A stretch of 63,524 nucleotides of DNA, filler included, from Nanobdellota archaeon (GTDB lineage: Archaea; Nanobdellota; Nanobdellia; Woesearchaeales; CAZZGN01): NCBI GenBank assembly GCA_051819665.1. It is 7 parts of 5 records of this genome, joined end to end, with 100 filler letters (N's around TTAATTAATTAA, not from the genome) between each part and the next. Parts side by side here need not be neighbours in the genome. Positions count along the whole stretch, not along the records: positions 9,284 to 11,721 come from JBNJDG010000002.1; positions 11,822 to 12,860 come from JBNJDG010000002.1; positions 12,961 to 40,043 come from JBNJDG010000010.1; 4 more parts are not named here. One strand, written 5' to 3'. Positions 9,474-18,412 of the stretch are shown piece by piece. Within the stretch, counting starts at the first letter, position 1; each line of letters begins with the position of its first letter. The translations under genes and the position numbers were made by a program. Below the pieces are notes generated by a model that was not told where the DNA came from, ran no database searches, and saw nothing but the letters and a program-made list of their open reading frames with translations.

Positions 9474-9772
9474 ATTTCAAAAATACTATATTAGATTTAA
9501 GACGAAACTTTCACGGCTGGTCAGACACAGGATGTCGAGCTATTTCAAAAATACTATATTAGATTTAAGACAGATATAGTGGAGCATTCAAAGAATAATC
9601 CCTATATATTTCAAAAATACTATATTAGATTTAAGACAGGATTGTTGTTATGATGGTATTGTCCTTCAAACACTATTTCAAAAATACTATATTAGATTTA
9701 AGACGAAACTTTCACGGCTGGTCAGACACAGGATGTCGAGCTATTTCAAAAATACTATATTAGATTTAAGAC
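9474..9772 (-). CRISPR. CRISPR mini-array: 5 identical 30-bp repeats and 4 spacers (38, 36, 37, 38 nt)
   Basis: ATTTCAAAAATACTATATTAGATTTAAGAC at 9474, 9542, 9608, 9675 and 9743. The reverse complement GTCTTAAATCTAATATAGTATTTTTGAAAT ends in the typical GAAAT, so transcription is inferred on the minus strand. Spacers 1 and 4 are identical. No cas gene is on the contig. Confidence 0.93.
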
Positions 9773-9794
9773 GAAAGTAACATCATCAAAGCTA

Positions 9795-10184
9795 TCAACC
9801 CTCAGTCACAATTAATCTTTTTATCTTAAACAATGTTTTTTGTTGACTGTTAGCAATTTCTGAAGCAAGAGCAATTACCCAAGGATCTGCATCATATTTT
9901 CTTTCAACATCAATTAATGAGGGAAATTTATCAAGAATATTCTTAACTATCTCTATTTGTTTCGGAGTGGGATCCTTAAACATTTTTCGTTGCTTTTTTG
10001 TCCATTTACTTAATTGGTCATCGTTTTGTGAAATTTCAAGCAAAACTTCTTTAGGTGCAATCAGCCGATTATCCTTGATCAGTTGCTCTAACTTTTTCCA
10101 GATAGTAGGAAATACATCCAAGGGATTATTTCTATTCAACTTCACTAATGAAGATGTATCAATAATGTAACAATTTGAAGTCAT
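9795..10184 (-). CDS. DUF4411-family PIN-domain protein, apparently C-terminally truncated
   Basis: YIIDTSSL, VFPTIWKKL, EVLLEI and ADPWVIALA, then IVTE and a stop. The usual KIPxxC tail is missing. ATGA overlap with the upstream ImmA/IrrE gene. Confidence 0.8.
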   Translation of the reverse strand: MTSNCYIIDTSSLVKLNRNNPLDVFPTIWKKLEQLIKDNRLIAPKEVLLEISQNDDQLSKWTKKQRKMFKDPTPKQIEIVKNILDKFPSLIDVERKYDADPWVIALASEIANSQQKTLFKIKRLIVTEG

Positions 10185-11326
10185 TTTTTAGCCTGTGATA
10201 ATAATTTATTGAACTTCTTTGATTTTATTGATAAATAATTCAGTGCATCTGTATAAGTGATTTTTTCTTTATCAAAGTTATTTGCAACAAGAGAAACAAA
10301 TTTATTTCCCACTTCTGATAACCTTTTTTTATCAGATGGAATACCTCCACCGCTTGCAGTCTTTTTATTTTTCTTTTCCTTTGATTTTATACTTAAAATA
10401 TCTTTTAGGTCTTTATCAGAAATATAATTTGAGTTTCTCATATTGACGAGTAGCATAGCTTTACTCACTTTGTATTTGTTTGAAATTGTTTTTAATGTAG
10501 TTCTGGAAGTAAGCTTTTCTTTATTAGATTCGAATAAAGTTGTTGCTATATCTTTAGGAAGTAAAAATGATGCTGAAAATTCATTGCACCATTTTTCAAT
10601 TCTATCTCTTGATGAGAGGAATGGATCTGGCATATCTATTACAGATTCTCCTAACAAAATATGAGCAAATTCATGCATCAATGAAAATAATCTTGCTTCT
10701 ATTGTATCCTTTGTATTCACCACAATCACATAAGGCTCTTCATCTGCAATTACAAAACCTCTGGCATCTTCAACTGGCATGGAAAACTGAAAGACATATA
10801 TATTCAGTTCTTCTAGTATATCCCTCAAATGATGAAAGAATTTGTAAGCATCACGAAATTTCCTTTGTTTCTCTTCATCTATTCCAAATAAGTTTCTGTA
10901 ATAACTTGCGATTGATTCAGATTTATCAGATAATTTTGCTTTTTTTAATTTTGCTTTTATTTCATGATTTATGTTAAGAGATAATTCTTTAGCTAAACTT
11001 TGCAAATGTCTTACTTTTCTAAGCACAAAAAGTGTTTTTTTATCGAACTGGTCTTTCTTTTCAGGAAGCAATCTATAATCTTTAGGTTTAGGCTTTTCAG
11101 GCTTTGGTTTTGAAAGCATAAAAGAAGCTATAGGTCTCTTGAAAATTGTGGATAATTCTCTTAATTGCCTTAAAGTTGGTTCTTTTTCTCCTATCTCAAA
11201 TTTTTTTATAGTGTTCTCAGTAGTTTTTAATCTTTCAGCTAATTCATCATATTTCCAACCAGAGCTATTCCTAAGCCATTTGAAAACTTCAGGTTCAATT
11301 TTTACAGTTAATGATTTTTTTGGCAT
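10181..11326 (-). CDS. XRE-HTH plus ImmA/IrrE-family metallo-endopeptidase
   Basis: N-terminal HTH (WLRNSSGWKYDELAERL...FEIGEKEPTLRQL), ARGF, RLFSLMHEFAH (HExxH) and EKWCNEFSASFLLP. Confidence 0.92.
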   Translation of the reverse strand: MPKKSLTVKIEPEVFKWLRNSSGWKYDELAERLKTTENTIKKFEIGEKEPTLRQLRELSTIFKRPIASFMLSKPKPEKPKPKDYRLLPEKKDQFDKKTLFVLRKVRHLQSLAKELSLNINHEIKAKLKKAKLSDKSESIASYYRNLFGIDEEKQRKFRDAYKFFHHLRDILEELNIYVFQFSMPVEDARGFVIADEEPYVIVVNTKDTIEARLFSLMHEFAHILLGESVIDMPDPFLSSRDRIEKWCNEFSASFLLPKDIATTLFESNKEKLTSRTTLKTISNKYKVSKAMLLVNMRNSNYISDKDLKDILSIKSKEKKNKKTASGGGIPSDKKRLSEVGNKFVSLVANNFDKEKITYTDALNYLSIKSKKFNKLLSQAKK

Positions 11327-11335
11327 TTTTTCTAA

Positions 11336-11449
11336 CTACTTTAACATGAAATCTTCAAGAGGCAAAATAATATGATTTTTATCACAATACTCTTTGTATT
11401 TCTTATAAATCTCTTCATCAAAACTTAAAGCAAAGGCTCTTCTGGCCAT
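11336..11449 (-). CDS. Small ribbon-helix-helix-like protein (37 aa)
   Basis: MARRAFALSFDEEIYKKYKEYCDKN fits an RHH beta-alpha pattern. A TATA-like TTATAAA lies about 25 nt upstream of this ATG. Confidence 0.55.
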   Translation of the reverse strand: MARRAFALSFDEEIYKKYKEYCDKNHIILPLEDFMLK

Positions 11450-11629
11450 ATGCCAAATCAGAATGTATATGTTTATAAGTTTTACGCCCCATTGTCCAGT
11501 GAACTCATCTCCCCACAATCTCATACCAAAATCCTCAAAGAGAACTTTCATCATCTCATCGAAAAAGACCGGAAAAATAAAAAACCAAATAGCTCCGCGT
11601 AAGCCGAAAGCTCCGAAAGCAGGATGAGC

Positions 11630-11721
11630 TCACTTGAGCTTCTCGATTATGTCAAGCCTTGACTTGATCTCTTCCATCTCTTCCTCTGTAACTATGTATC
11701 TTTCAGTTTTCATATGAAAAG
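11630..11721 (-). CDS. 3' end of an unknown protein (partial)
   Basis: ...FHMKTERYIVTEEEMEEIKSRLDIIEKLK*, open to the contig end. Confidence 0.5.
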
Positions 11722-11821
11722 NNNNNNNNNNNNNNNNNNNNNNNNNNNNNNNNNNNNNNNNNNNNTTAATTAATTAANNNNNNNNNNNNNNNNNNNNNNN
11801 NNNNNNNNNNNNNNNNNNNNN
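11722..11821. other. Artificial contig linker
   Basis: N-TTAATTAATTAA-N. Confidence 0.98.
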
Positions 11822-12026
11822 AGTAGTTGAGAAGGTTTCTGAACGCCTCTCTGAGGATGCAAGGCTCATATGGGGTGCCCAGATCTCAGATGACCTGAAG
11901 GGCACGATAAGGACCATGCTCATCGTCACAGGAGTCCAGTCATCACAGATATTCGGCCCGTCAAGAAAATTGTCCAATAAAAAGAAGGAAGAGATCGAAT
12001 CGGAATTAGGAATAGAGTTTGTCTAA
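11822..12026 (+). CDS. ftsZ: FtsZ, C-terminal part (partial)
   Basis: DARLIWGAQISDDL...MLIVTGVQSSQIFG...ELGIEFV*. Conserved archaeal ftsZ-secE-spt5 order. Confidence 0.9.
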
Positions 12027-12027
12027 A

Positions 12028-12207
12028 ATGAAAGCGTTAAAAAGACTGCAAAGGTTTTACAAAGAATGTGTAAGGGTCCTGAAAGTTACCAAAAAGCCCT
12101 CCGGTGAAGAGTTCAAGACTATCGTGAAAGTGAGCGGTATCGGGATCCTGGCTATAGGAGCAATTGGCTTCATAATCCACATGATATACAATGTACTGAT
12201 AGGATAA
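12028..12207 (+). CDS. secE: Protein translocase subunit SecE / Sec61 gamma
   Basis: RVLKVTKKPSGEEFKTIVKVSGIGILAIGAIGFII. Confidence 0.93.
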   Translation: MKALKRLQRFYKECVRVLKVTKKPSGEEFKTIVKVSGIGILAIGAIGFIIHMIYNVLIG

Positions 12208-12209
12208 AA

Positions 12210-12677
12210 ATGGAAAACAAGATTTTTGCAATAAGGACCACAGCAAACCGTGAAGACCAGGTACTGGATTTTATTTCCAGTAATGCTAAGAAGAAGAAGC
12301 TTGATATCTTTTCAGCTGTAAGGCCTCACGGTATGAGAGGATACATCTTCCTGGAAGCCAGTTCAAGGTCTGATGCTGAACAGGCGGCTTACAACGTCCC
12401 TTACGCCAGGGGTGTACTCCCGAATGAGATCGAATATAAGGAGATCGAGCATATGCTTGAACAGGTCAAGAAAGATGTGAATATCAAGAAGAACGATATC
12501 GCTGAGATCATCTCCGGACCTTTCAAGAGGGAGAAATGCAAGATCACCAGGGTCGACAAGGGCAAGGATGAAGTTGTCGTGGAGCTTCTCGAGGCTGCTG
12601 TACCTATCCCGATAACCGTCAAGATGGATGCGGTGAAGGTCATCAGGAGAGAAGACAACGAAGAAGAGGATCAATGA
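12210..12677 (+). CDS. spt5: Transcription elongation factor Spt5 / NusG
   Basis: RTTANRE, GYIFLEA and KOW motif EIISGPFKREK...VVELLEAAVPIPITV. Confidence 0.95.
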   Translation: MENKIFAIRTTANREDQVLDFISSNAKKKKLDIFSAVRPHGMRGYIFLEASSRSDAEQAAYNVPYARGVLPNEIEYKEIEHMLEQVKKDVNIKKNDIAEIISGPFKREKCKITRVDKGKDEVVVELLEAAVPIPITVKMDAVKVIRREDNEEEDQ

Positions 12678-12860
12678 TCCTCATAATTCTTTATTGTATA
12701 TTTAATTTTGATAACATATCATCTTTTCGCTTATGTTTCACATACCTATAAAGAAAACCGAACGTAAATTTTATAAAGTCCAGCTCAAAAATAAGAAGCA
12801 GGTGATATTGGTATGAAAAGAATCATATTTATTATGGCATTGGCTTTTATATTGTTGGTA

Positions 12861-12960
12861 NNNNNNNNNNNNNNNNNNNNNNNNNNNNNNNNNNNNNNNN
12901 NNNNTTAATTAATTAANNNNNNNNNNNNNNNNNNNNNNNNNNNNNNNNNNNNNNNNNNNN
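12861..12960. other. Artificial contig linker
   Basis: N-TTAATTAATTAA-N. Confidence 0.98.
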
Positions 12961-13130
12961 GTGGCCCGGATTCCCACATAAGGGCCTTGCCCTATATCAA
13001 CCCAGGTACGATAATGCTACACAAGGTAGCATAATGGGACAGACGCCGTGGCCCGGATTCCCACATAAGGGCCTTGCCCTATATCAACCCAGGTACGATA
13101 ATGCTACACAAGGTAGCATAATGGGACAGA
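12961..13130 (-). repeat. Tandem 87-bp repeat (at least 2 units, running off the contig) downstream of tRNA-Ser(GGA)
   Basis: CGCCGTGGCCCGGATT at 13131 (tRNA end), 13044 and partially at 12961, separated by identical 71-nt inserts 13060-13130 and 12973-13043. Confidence 0.95.
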
Positions 13131-13214
13131 CGCCGTGGCCCGGATTTGAACCGGGACATCCCGAAGGAAACGAGATTTCCAGTCTCGCGCAATACCAGAT
13201 TATGCGACCACGGC
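13131..13214 (-). tRNA. tRNA-Ser(GGA)
   Basis: Acceptor stem GCCGTGG/CCACGGC, anticodon arm CGAGA-CTGGAAA-TCTCG, long variable arm and GGTTCAAATCC. Confidence 0.95.
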
Positions 13215-13347
13215 ATGAATGTATGTATTACCTGGTCTGGGCTATAGGAATCCTTTATAAAGTTTTTTCCTCGATGACCGCCAGAAAATAACATATAGGA
13301 TTCAGGATAAAAAGACTTAAATAAATGGATGATTAAGACAATAACCT

Positions 13348-13395
13348 ATACAACATATTGTATTGTTACATGACTATAAACACAACATATTGTGT
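13348..13395. promoter_or_regulatory. Tandem NrdR-box-like operators upstream of nrdJ
   Basis: ATACAACATATTGTAT (13348-13363) and ACACAACATATTGTGT (13380-13395), 32 bp apart. Both match the bacterial NrdR consensus acaCwAtATaTwGtg. Confidence 0.75.
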
Positions 13396-13445
13396 TCTTA
13401 TGGTTTTTTTCGTCTCGAAATGATGACAATAAGGTGGGTGTAGCT

Positions 13446-16019
13446 ATGGACAAGGAGAATAAACTTAAAGAAATGTTTGAATTTAAGACAAAACACCACA
13501 ACAAAGTAAATCAGGAATTCCTGACCTCATATAAGGAATTGTTCTATAAGCTTAAGGAAAAACAGGAGAAAGGAAGTTTGTCCCTTCATGAGGATTATCT
13601 CAACGGTAATGAGCTTGCCCAGAACATCTACCAACAGAAATACTACCTCAAGGATCTCAACGGAGAAGTCATCGAAGACAGGCCGGAGGATGTGTTCACG
13701 AGGATTGCAGCCTCTCTCGCATCGGTAGAGGAGAAGAACAAACAGAGAGAGAACGCAGAGAATTTCTATAATATGCTTTATCAAGGCTATTTCATGCCAG
13801 GCGGCAGGGTCATCGCAGGAGCCGGCGATCTATTCAGATTGAAGACCCTGGCAAACTGTTTCGTCACTGTGATCGGTGATGATAACATAGAATCCATATA
13901 CAATGCCGCCTATGACTGTGCAAGGACATATTCATACGGTGGAGGCATAGGCCTCGATATATCAAAATTAAGGCCGAAAGATTCGGTCGTCCACAATGCT
14001 GCAGATAAATCAACAGGCGCTGTCTCTTTCATGGAACTCTATTCCCTGACTACGGGCCTTATTGGCCAATCAGGCAGAAGAGGAGCCCTCATGATCACCA
14101 TTGATGTTAAACATCCTGATGTGATGGAATTCATCAAAGTGAAACAGAATTCCAACTGGGCGACCAAGCAGGTAGTCCAGCAATGCGAATGGTCAGGAAA
14201 GTTCGATAAGGAAAGCCTTCAGGAGATAGAAAAACAGGTCAGGGAGAACACACAGGTCAGGTTCGCCAACATCAGCCTGAAAGTCAGCGATGAGTTCATG
14301 AAGGCCGTTGAAGAGACCAAAGAGCACGAAGAAGGCTCGATCCTCCTCTATAAGAAACATGACAAGGAAAGGATATACAACAAACCCCAGGACAAGGATA
14401 CTGATTATTCATACAAGCTCCCCTCGAAGGATGTAGAGAATTATGAGATAGTAAAAGAGTTCAGGAATATCGATGAACTCAACGAATATCTGGGCAAGAA
14501 CATAAGTGAAGAGGACCTCAAGGATACAGAGAAGAGGGACATCTACGGAGATTATCTTGTAGAAGGAGGAGAATACGATTATGCGATCCACTACACAGGA
14601 GAGTTCATGACCTATTATGGATCAAAGAACACTCATGATGTAAGGAAGATAATCAACGCGAAAGATATATGGGAAGCTTTTGTCTCAGGGAATTACTCTA
14701 CTGCAGAACCAGGTCTTATATTCTGGGACACGATGAGCAAGTATTCGCCTTCAAACTATATAGGGAAAAGGATCTCTTCCACAAATCCATGCGGAGAAGT
14801 GCCGCTTGAAGACGGAGGCGCATGCAACCTCGGCTCTTTGAACCTCTCGAGGTTTGTGAAGAAAGGCTATAGTGATGAAGCAGAGATCGACTGGGAAAGC
14901 CTGAAAGACACTACGAAGAATGTCGTAAGGATGCTCGATAATGTCATAACATGGAACGTTGCACTGAATCCACTCGAGAAACAGAGGAAGGCTGCGAAAG
15001 AAACAAGGAGGCTGGGAATAGGTGTTATGGGCATAGCAGATATGCTCAATCAGATGGGCATTGGTTATGATGAAGAAGAAGGCCTGAAGATGGTAGAGAA
15101 GGTGACGAACACCATCACGAACACCTGTTATGAAGCTTCCGCAGAGCTTGCAGGTGAAAAGGGTCCCGTCCCCATCTGGGATTTCGATAAATACAGCAGA
15201 GGAAAGTTCTTCAAAGAAGTGCTATCTGAAGAAGTAAAGGAGAAGATAAAGGAGAACGGGCTGAGGAATGTAGCTCTTACATCCATCGCACCGACTGGCT
15301 CGATATCCAATATCGTCCTCGGGTATAAGGGAGAGAAAAAGAATTACATCGGAGTCTCTGGAGGAATAGAACCCATATTCTCCCTTTTCTACGAGAGAAG
15401 ATCAGAAAGCTTCGGCAATAAGAAATTCAAGGTATTCCATTCCACTGTCCAGGCTTATCTGGACGAGAAAGGCCTAAATGAGAAGGCGAAGGATGCCAAG
15501 AACACCGATGATCTGAAAGATATGCTTCCCGAACATTTCTTCAGGACATCCCATTTCATCAAACCCGAGAACAGGGTAAGGATGCAGGGGACCTGCCAGG
15601 GTTACATCGACCACAGCATATCCTCCACCATAAACCTTCCCGAAAGCATAGAACCAGAGACCATATCGGATGTATACCTCAGATCCTGGAAGAACGGCCT
15701 CAAAGGAGTCACCATATACAGGGACGGCAGCAGGTATCCGATCCTGAGCGTCGCAAAAGAGATGTCAGAGTTCCAGGAGAATAAGGACAAATTATTCAGG
15801 GTCAAGGAGGGTGGTGAAGAGAGGATCATGAAAGGAGACGATGTATTCATGGTAGACAATACCCTCACTACGCCTTTCCACGCCATGAAAAAAGGTTATG
15901 ATGTTGAAGAGTCCAGAGATGATAAAGGGGAAGTGGAAAAGGATGATTCAGGCGGCGGAGGAGGCGCCTGTAAAGTGAAGTTCGAGAACGGAAAATTAGT
16001 GAAGGGATGCGGAGACTGA
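13446..16019 (+). CDS. nrdJ: Class II (adenosylcobalamin-dependent) ribonucleotide reductase
   Basis: FMPGGR, ANCFV, GGGIG, GQSGRRGALM, EPGLIF, TNPCGE, CNLGSLNL, IAPTGS, KGVTIYRDGSR and a C-terminal Cys pair. Start taken at MDKENK. Confidence 0.95.
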   Translation: MDKENKLKEMFEFKTKHHNKVNQEFLTSYKELFYKLKEKQEKGSLSLHEDYLNGNELAQNIYQQKYYLKDLNGEVIEDRPEDVFTRIAASLASVEEKNKQRENAENFYNMLYQGYFMPGGRVIAGAGDLFRLKTLANCFVTVIGDDNIESIYNAAYDCARTYSYGGGIGLDISKLRPKDSVVHNAADKSTGAVSFMELYSLTTGLIGQSGRRGALMITIDVKHPDVMEFIKVKQNSNWATKQVVQQCEWSGKFDKESLQEIEKQVRENTQVRFANISLKVSDEFMKAVEETKEHEEGSILLYKKHDKERIYNKPQDKDTDYSYKLPSKDVENYEIVKEFRNIDELNEYLGKNISEEDLKDTEKRDIYGDYLVEGGEYDYAIHYTGEFMTYYGSKNTHDVRKIINAKDIWEAFVSGNYSTAEPGLIFWDTMSKYSPSNYIGKRISSTNPCGEVPLEDGGACNLGSLNLSRFVKKGYSDEAEIDWESLKDTTKNVVRMLDNVITWNVALNPLEKQRKAAKETRRLGIGVMGIADMLNQMGIGYDEEEGLKMVEKVTNTITNTCYEASAELAGEKGPVPIWDFDKYSRGKFFKEVLSEEVKEKIKENGLRNVALTSIAPTGSISNIVLGYKGEKKNYIGVSGGIEPIFSLFYERRSESFGNKKFKVFHSTVQAYLDEKGLNEKAKDAKNTDDLKDMLPEHFFRTSHFIKPENRVRMQGTCQGYIDHSISSTINLPESIEPETISDVYLRSWKNGLKGVTIYRDGSRYPILSVAKEMSEFQENKDKLFRVKEGGEERIMKGDDVFMVDNTLTTPFHAMKKGYDVEESRDDKGEVEKDDSGGGGGACKVKFENGKLVKGCGD

Positions 16020-16108
16020 GCTATCCCTTTCTTTTTCTTAATAAAAGAGTATCTTCTATAAACTTTAAATATCTCCAATACTTCAACCCCCTTGGAGTGA
16101 TTCGTATA

Positions 16109-16678
16109 ATGGCAAAAATATCTATTATCTATGGTTCTGTAAGAGAGGAAAGACAAGGCATAAAGGCCGCAAGGTTCATCAGGAATGAAGTAAAAGAAAG
16201 AGGTCATGAAGCCACTCTGATCGATCCGAAAGAATACGATATACCTTTCCTTGACAGGATGTACAAGGAATTTGAGAAAGCACCAGAGGATATAGAAAAG
16301 ATAGGGAAAATCCTGGATGAGTCTGATGGTTTCATGATAGTGAGCGGAGAATACAACCACAGCATTCCTCCTGCATTAAAGAACCTGCTCGATCATTTCC
16401 AGAAGGAGTATATGTTCAAACCGAGTGCGATAGCCTCTTATTCGGCAGGGTCTTTCGGAGGGGTCAGAGCAGCTGTACATCTGAGAGCCCTCCTGGCGGA
16501 ACTCGGCTGTCCTACTATTTCAAGCATATTCCCCATGTCTGAAGTACAGGACAGTTTTGATGAGAAAGGTAATGCTATAGAAACCGCTTATGAGAAGAGA
16601 ATAGAAAAATTCCTTGATGAATTCGATTGGTATGTAGAAGCGCTTAAAGAACAAAGGAAAAAGGGAACGCCCTTTTAA
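16109..16678 (+). CDS. NADPH-dependent FMN reductase (flavodoxin-like)
   Basis: [26 protein letters not shown] and [12 protein letters not shown]. Confidence 0.92.
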   Translation: MAKISIIYGSVREERQGIKAARFIRNEVKERGHEATLIDPKEYDIPFLDRMYKEFEKAPEDIEKIGKILDESDGFMIVSGEYNHSIPPALKNLLDHFQKEYMFKPSAIASYSAGSFGGVRAAVHLRALLAELGCPTISSIFPMSEVQDSFDEKGNAIETAYEKRIEKFLDEFDWYVEALKEQRKKGTPF

Positions 16679-16986
16679 GCCTCAACCATCTCGATCTCGA
16701 TGTTAAGGCCTTCAGGTATAGGTACTCTCATTACCAGCCTAAGGGCCCTCTCATCAACACCCAGGTCGATAAGCCTTTTGTGAACCCTCATCTCGTACCT
16801 TTCCCATGAAGCTTTACCCTCCCCGTCAGGGGATTTCCTTGTGGTAATCCTTAACTTCTTTGTGGGCAGAGGAACAGGTCCCCTCATCTCCACTCCTGTC
16901 TTATCAGCTATATCTCTAATCTCCTGAGTGACCTTGTTTACTTTACCAATATCCGTGCTTGCTAGTTTTATTCTTGCTTTCTGCAT
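16675..16986 (-). CDS. rpsJ: Ribosomal protein uS10
   Basis: [17 protein letters not shown] and [14 protein letters not shown]. Confidence 0.97.
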   Translation of the reverse strand: MQKARIKLASTDIGKVNKVTQEIRDIADKTGVEMRGPVPLPTKKLRITTRKSPDGEGKASWERYEMRVHKRLIDLGVDERALRLVMRVPIPEGLNIEIEMVEA

Positions 16987-17021
16987 TTTCTCTACCCTTA
17001 CAAATTAAAAAAAAGAAGGAA

Positions 17022-18314
17022 TTACTCCTTCTTCTGTAGGTCGATACACATACCTGCACCGACTGTAGCACCTGAGTCCCTTACTGCAAACCTTGACATC
17101 TGCGGGATCTCTTTCTGTGTCTCGATCACCAGTGGAGTCGTCGGCTTAACCTTAACTATAGCTGCATCGCCGTTCTTGACGAAGTCAGGATTCTCTTCGA
17201 GAACCTGGCCGTTAGCCGGGTTAAGCTTCTTCTGGATCTCCGTGATCTGGCATGCCACCTGTGCTGTATGGACATGGAATACAGGTGTATAACCTACAGT
17301 CACAACACTCGGATGGTTGAGTACAACCAGCTGAGCTGTAAACTCTGTAGCCACGGTCGGCACATTGTCTGAATGTCCGAGTACATCTCCTCTGGCAATG
17401 TCCTTCTTACCGATCCCTCTTACGTTGAAACCGATATTGTCTCCAGGACCTGCCTGGTTGTGCTGGGAATGATGCATCTCGATGGTCTTTACCTGACCGG
17501 AAGCGCCTTTTCCGTCCCTGCCCGGAACTACTGTGATCTTATCATTCACCTTGATCACACCTGTCTCAACCTTACCAACAGGTACTACACCGATTCCTGT
17601 GATGTTATAAACATCCTGGATCGGCAGCCTCAGTGGAAGGTCAGTAGGTCTCTGGACAGGCTCGAACTTGTTAAGCTCCTCAAGCAGAGTGCCTCCGCTC
17701 CACCAGGACATGTTGTCTGACTTTTTAACTACATTATCTCCTGTCAGAGCAGCTACAGGCACAAACCTGACCTGCTTCTCAACATTCCATCCTGCAGGCG
17801 CAGCGTGTTTCTTGACATCCTCTACAACTTTGTTGTACCTGTCTTCAGAGAATTCTACCCCTGAGATGTCCATCTTGTTAACCGCGACGATCATCTGATT
17901 CACACCGAAGACCTTGGAAAGTCTCAGGTGCTCCAGAGTCTGTGCGTTAACTCCGTCATTAGCCGCAACAACAAGAACTGCTGCATCAGCCTGGGATGTA
18001 CCTGTGATCATGTTCTTCACGAAATCCTTGTGACCAGGTGCATCGATTATTGTGAAATTGTATTTGTCAGTCTCGAACCTCTTGTGTGCAAGGTCGATCG
18101 TGACTCCTCTTTCTCTCTCTTCCTTAAGGCCGTCCATTGCGAAAGCGAACTCGAATCCGCTCTTGCCAAGTTCTGCTGCCTTATCCTTCAGTCTCCTCAT
18201 TGTCTGTTCGTCTATTGACCCAGTGTCGAACATAATCCTTCCAACTGTTGTGGATTTACCATGATCGACATGTCCAATGAAAACCAAATTCATGTGTTCT
18301 TTTTCCTTAGCCAT
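17022..18314 (-). CDS. tuf: Translation elongation factor aEF-1A
   Basis: [30 protein letters not shown] and RFAVRD. Confidence 0.98.
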   Translation of the reverse strand: MAKEKEHMNLVFIGHVDHGKSTTVGRIMFDTGSIDEQTMRRLKDKAAELGKSGFEFAFAMDGLKEERERGVTIDLAHKRFETDKYNFTIIDAPGHKDFVKNMITGTSQADAAVLVVAANDGVNAQTLEHLRLSKVFGVNQMIVAVNKMDISGVEFSEDRYNKVVEDVKKHAAPAGWNVEKQVRFVPVAALTGDNVVKKSDNMSWWSGGTLLEELNKFEPVQRPTDLPLRLPIQDVYNITGIGVVPVGKVETGVIKVNDKITVVPGRDGKGASGQVKTIEMHHSQHNQAGPGDNIGFNVRGIGKKDIARGDVLGHSDNVPTVATEFTAQLVVLNHPSVVTVGYTPVFHVHTAQVACQITEIQKKLNPANGQVLEENPDFVKNGDAAIVKVKPTTPLVIETQKEIPQMSRFAVRDSGATVGAGMCIDLQKKE

Positions 18315-18412
18315 TATGACCCCTCCTTATATCCCAATAGGTTACCTCTGGGATTTTGTTTTTATATTTAAAGGTTATGATTTGAAATCACAACCGCGGA
18401 ACCCGGAAAGAC

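Noticed and set aside
11336..11338. Genome-wide stop-codon reassignment
   Set aside because: TAG, TGA and TAA all terminate conserved genes at the expected positions (eno TAG, aEF-2 TGA, S10 TAA).
11590..11625. CCGAAAGC doublet as a structured ncRNA
   Set aside because: Too short, single copy, with no convincing extended stem.
9284..11721. cas genes or a tracrRNA for the array
   Set aside because: No Cas-like ORF or anti-repeat was seen on this 2.4-kb contig or elsewhere in the window. They may exist outside it.
13446..16019. Intein in NrdJ
   Set aside because: The insertions lack Cys/Ser...His-Asn splice junctions and LAGLIDADG motifs.
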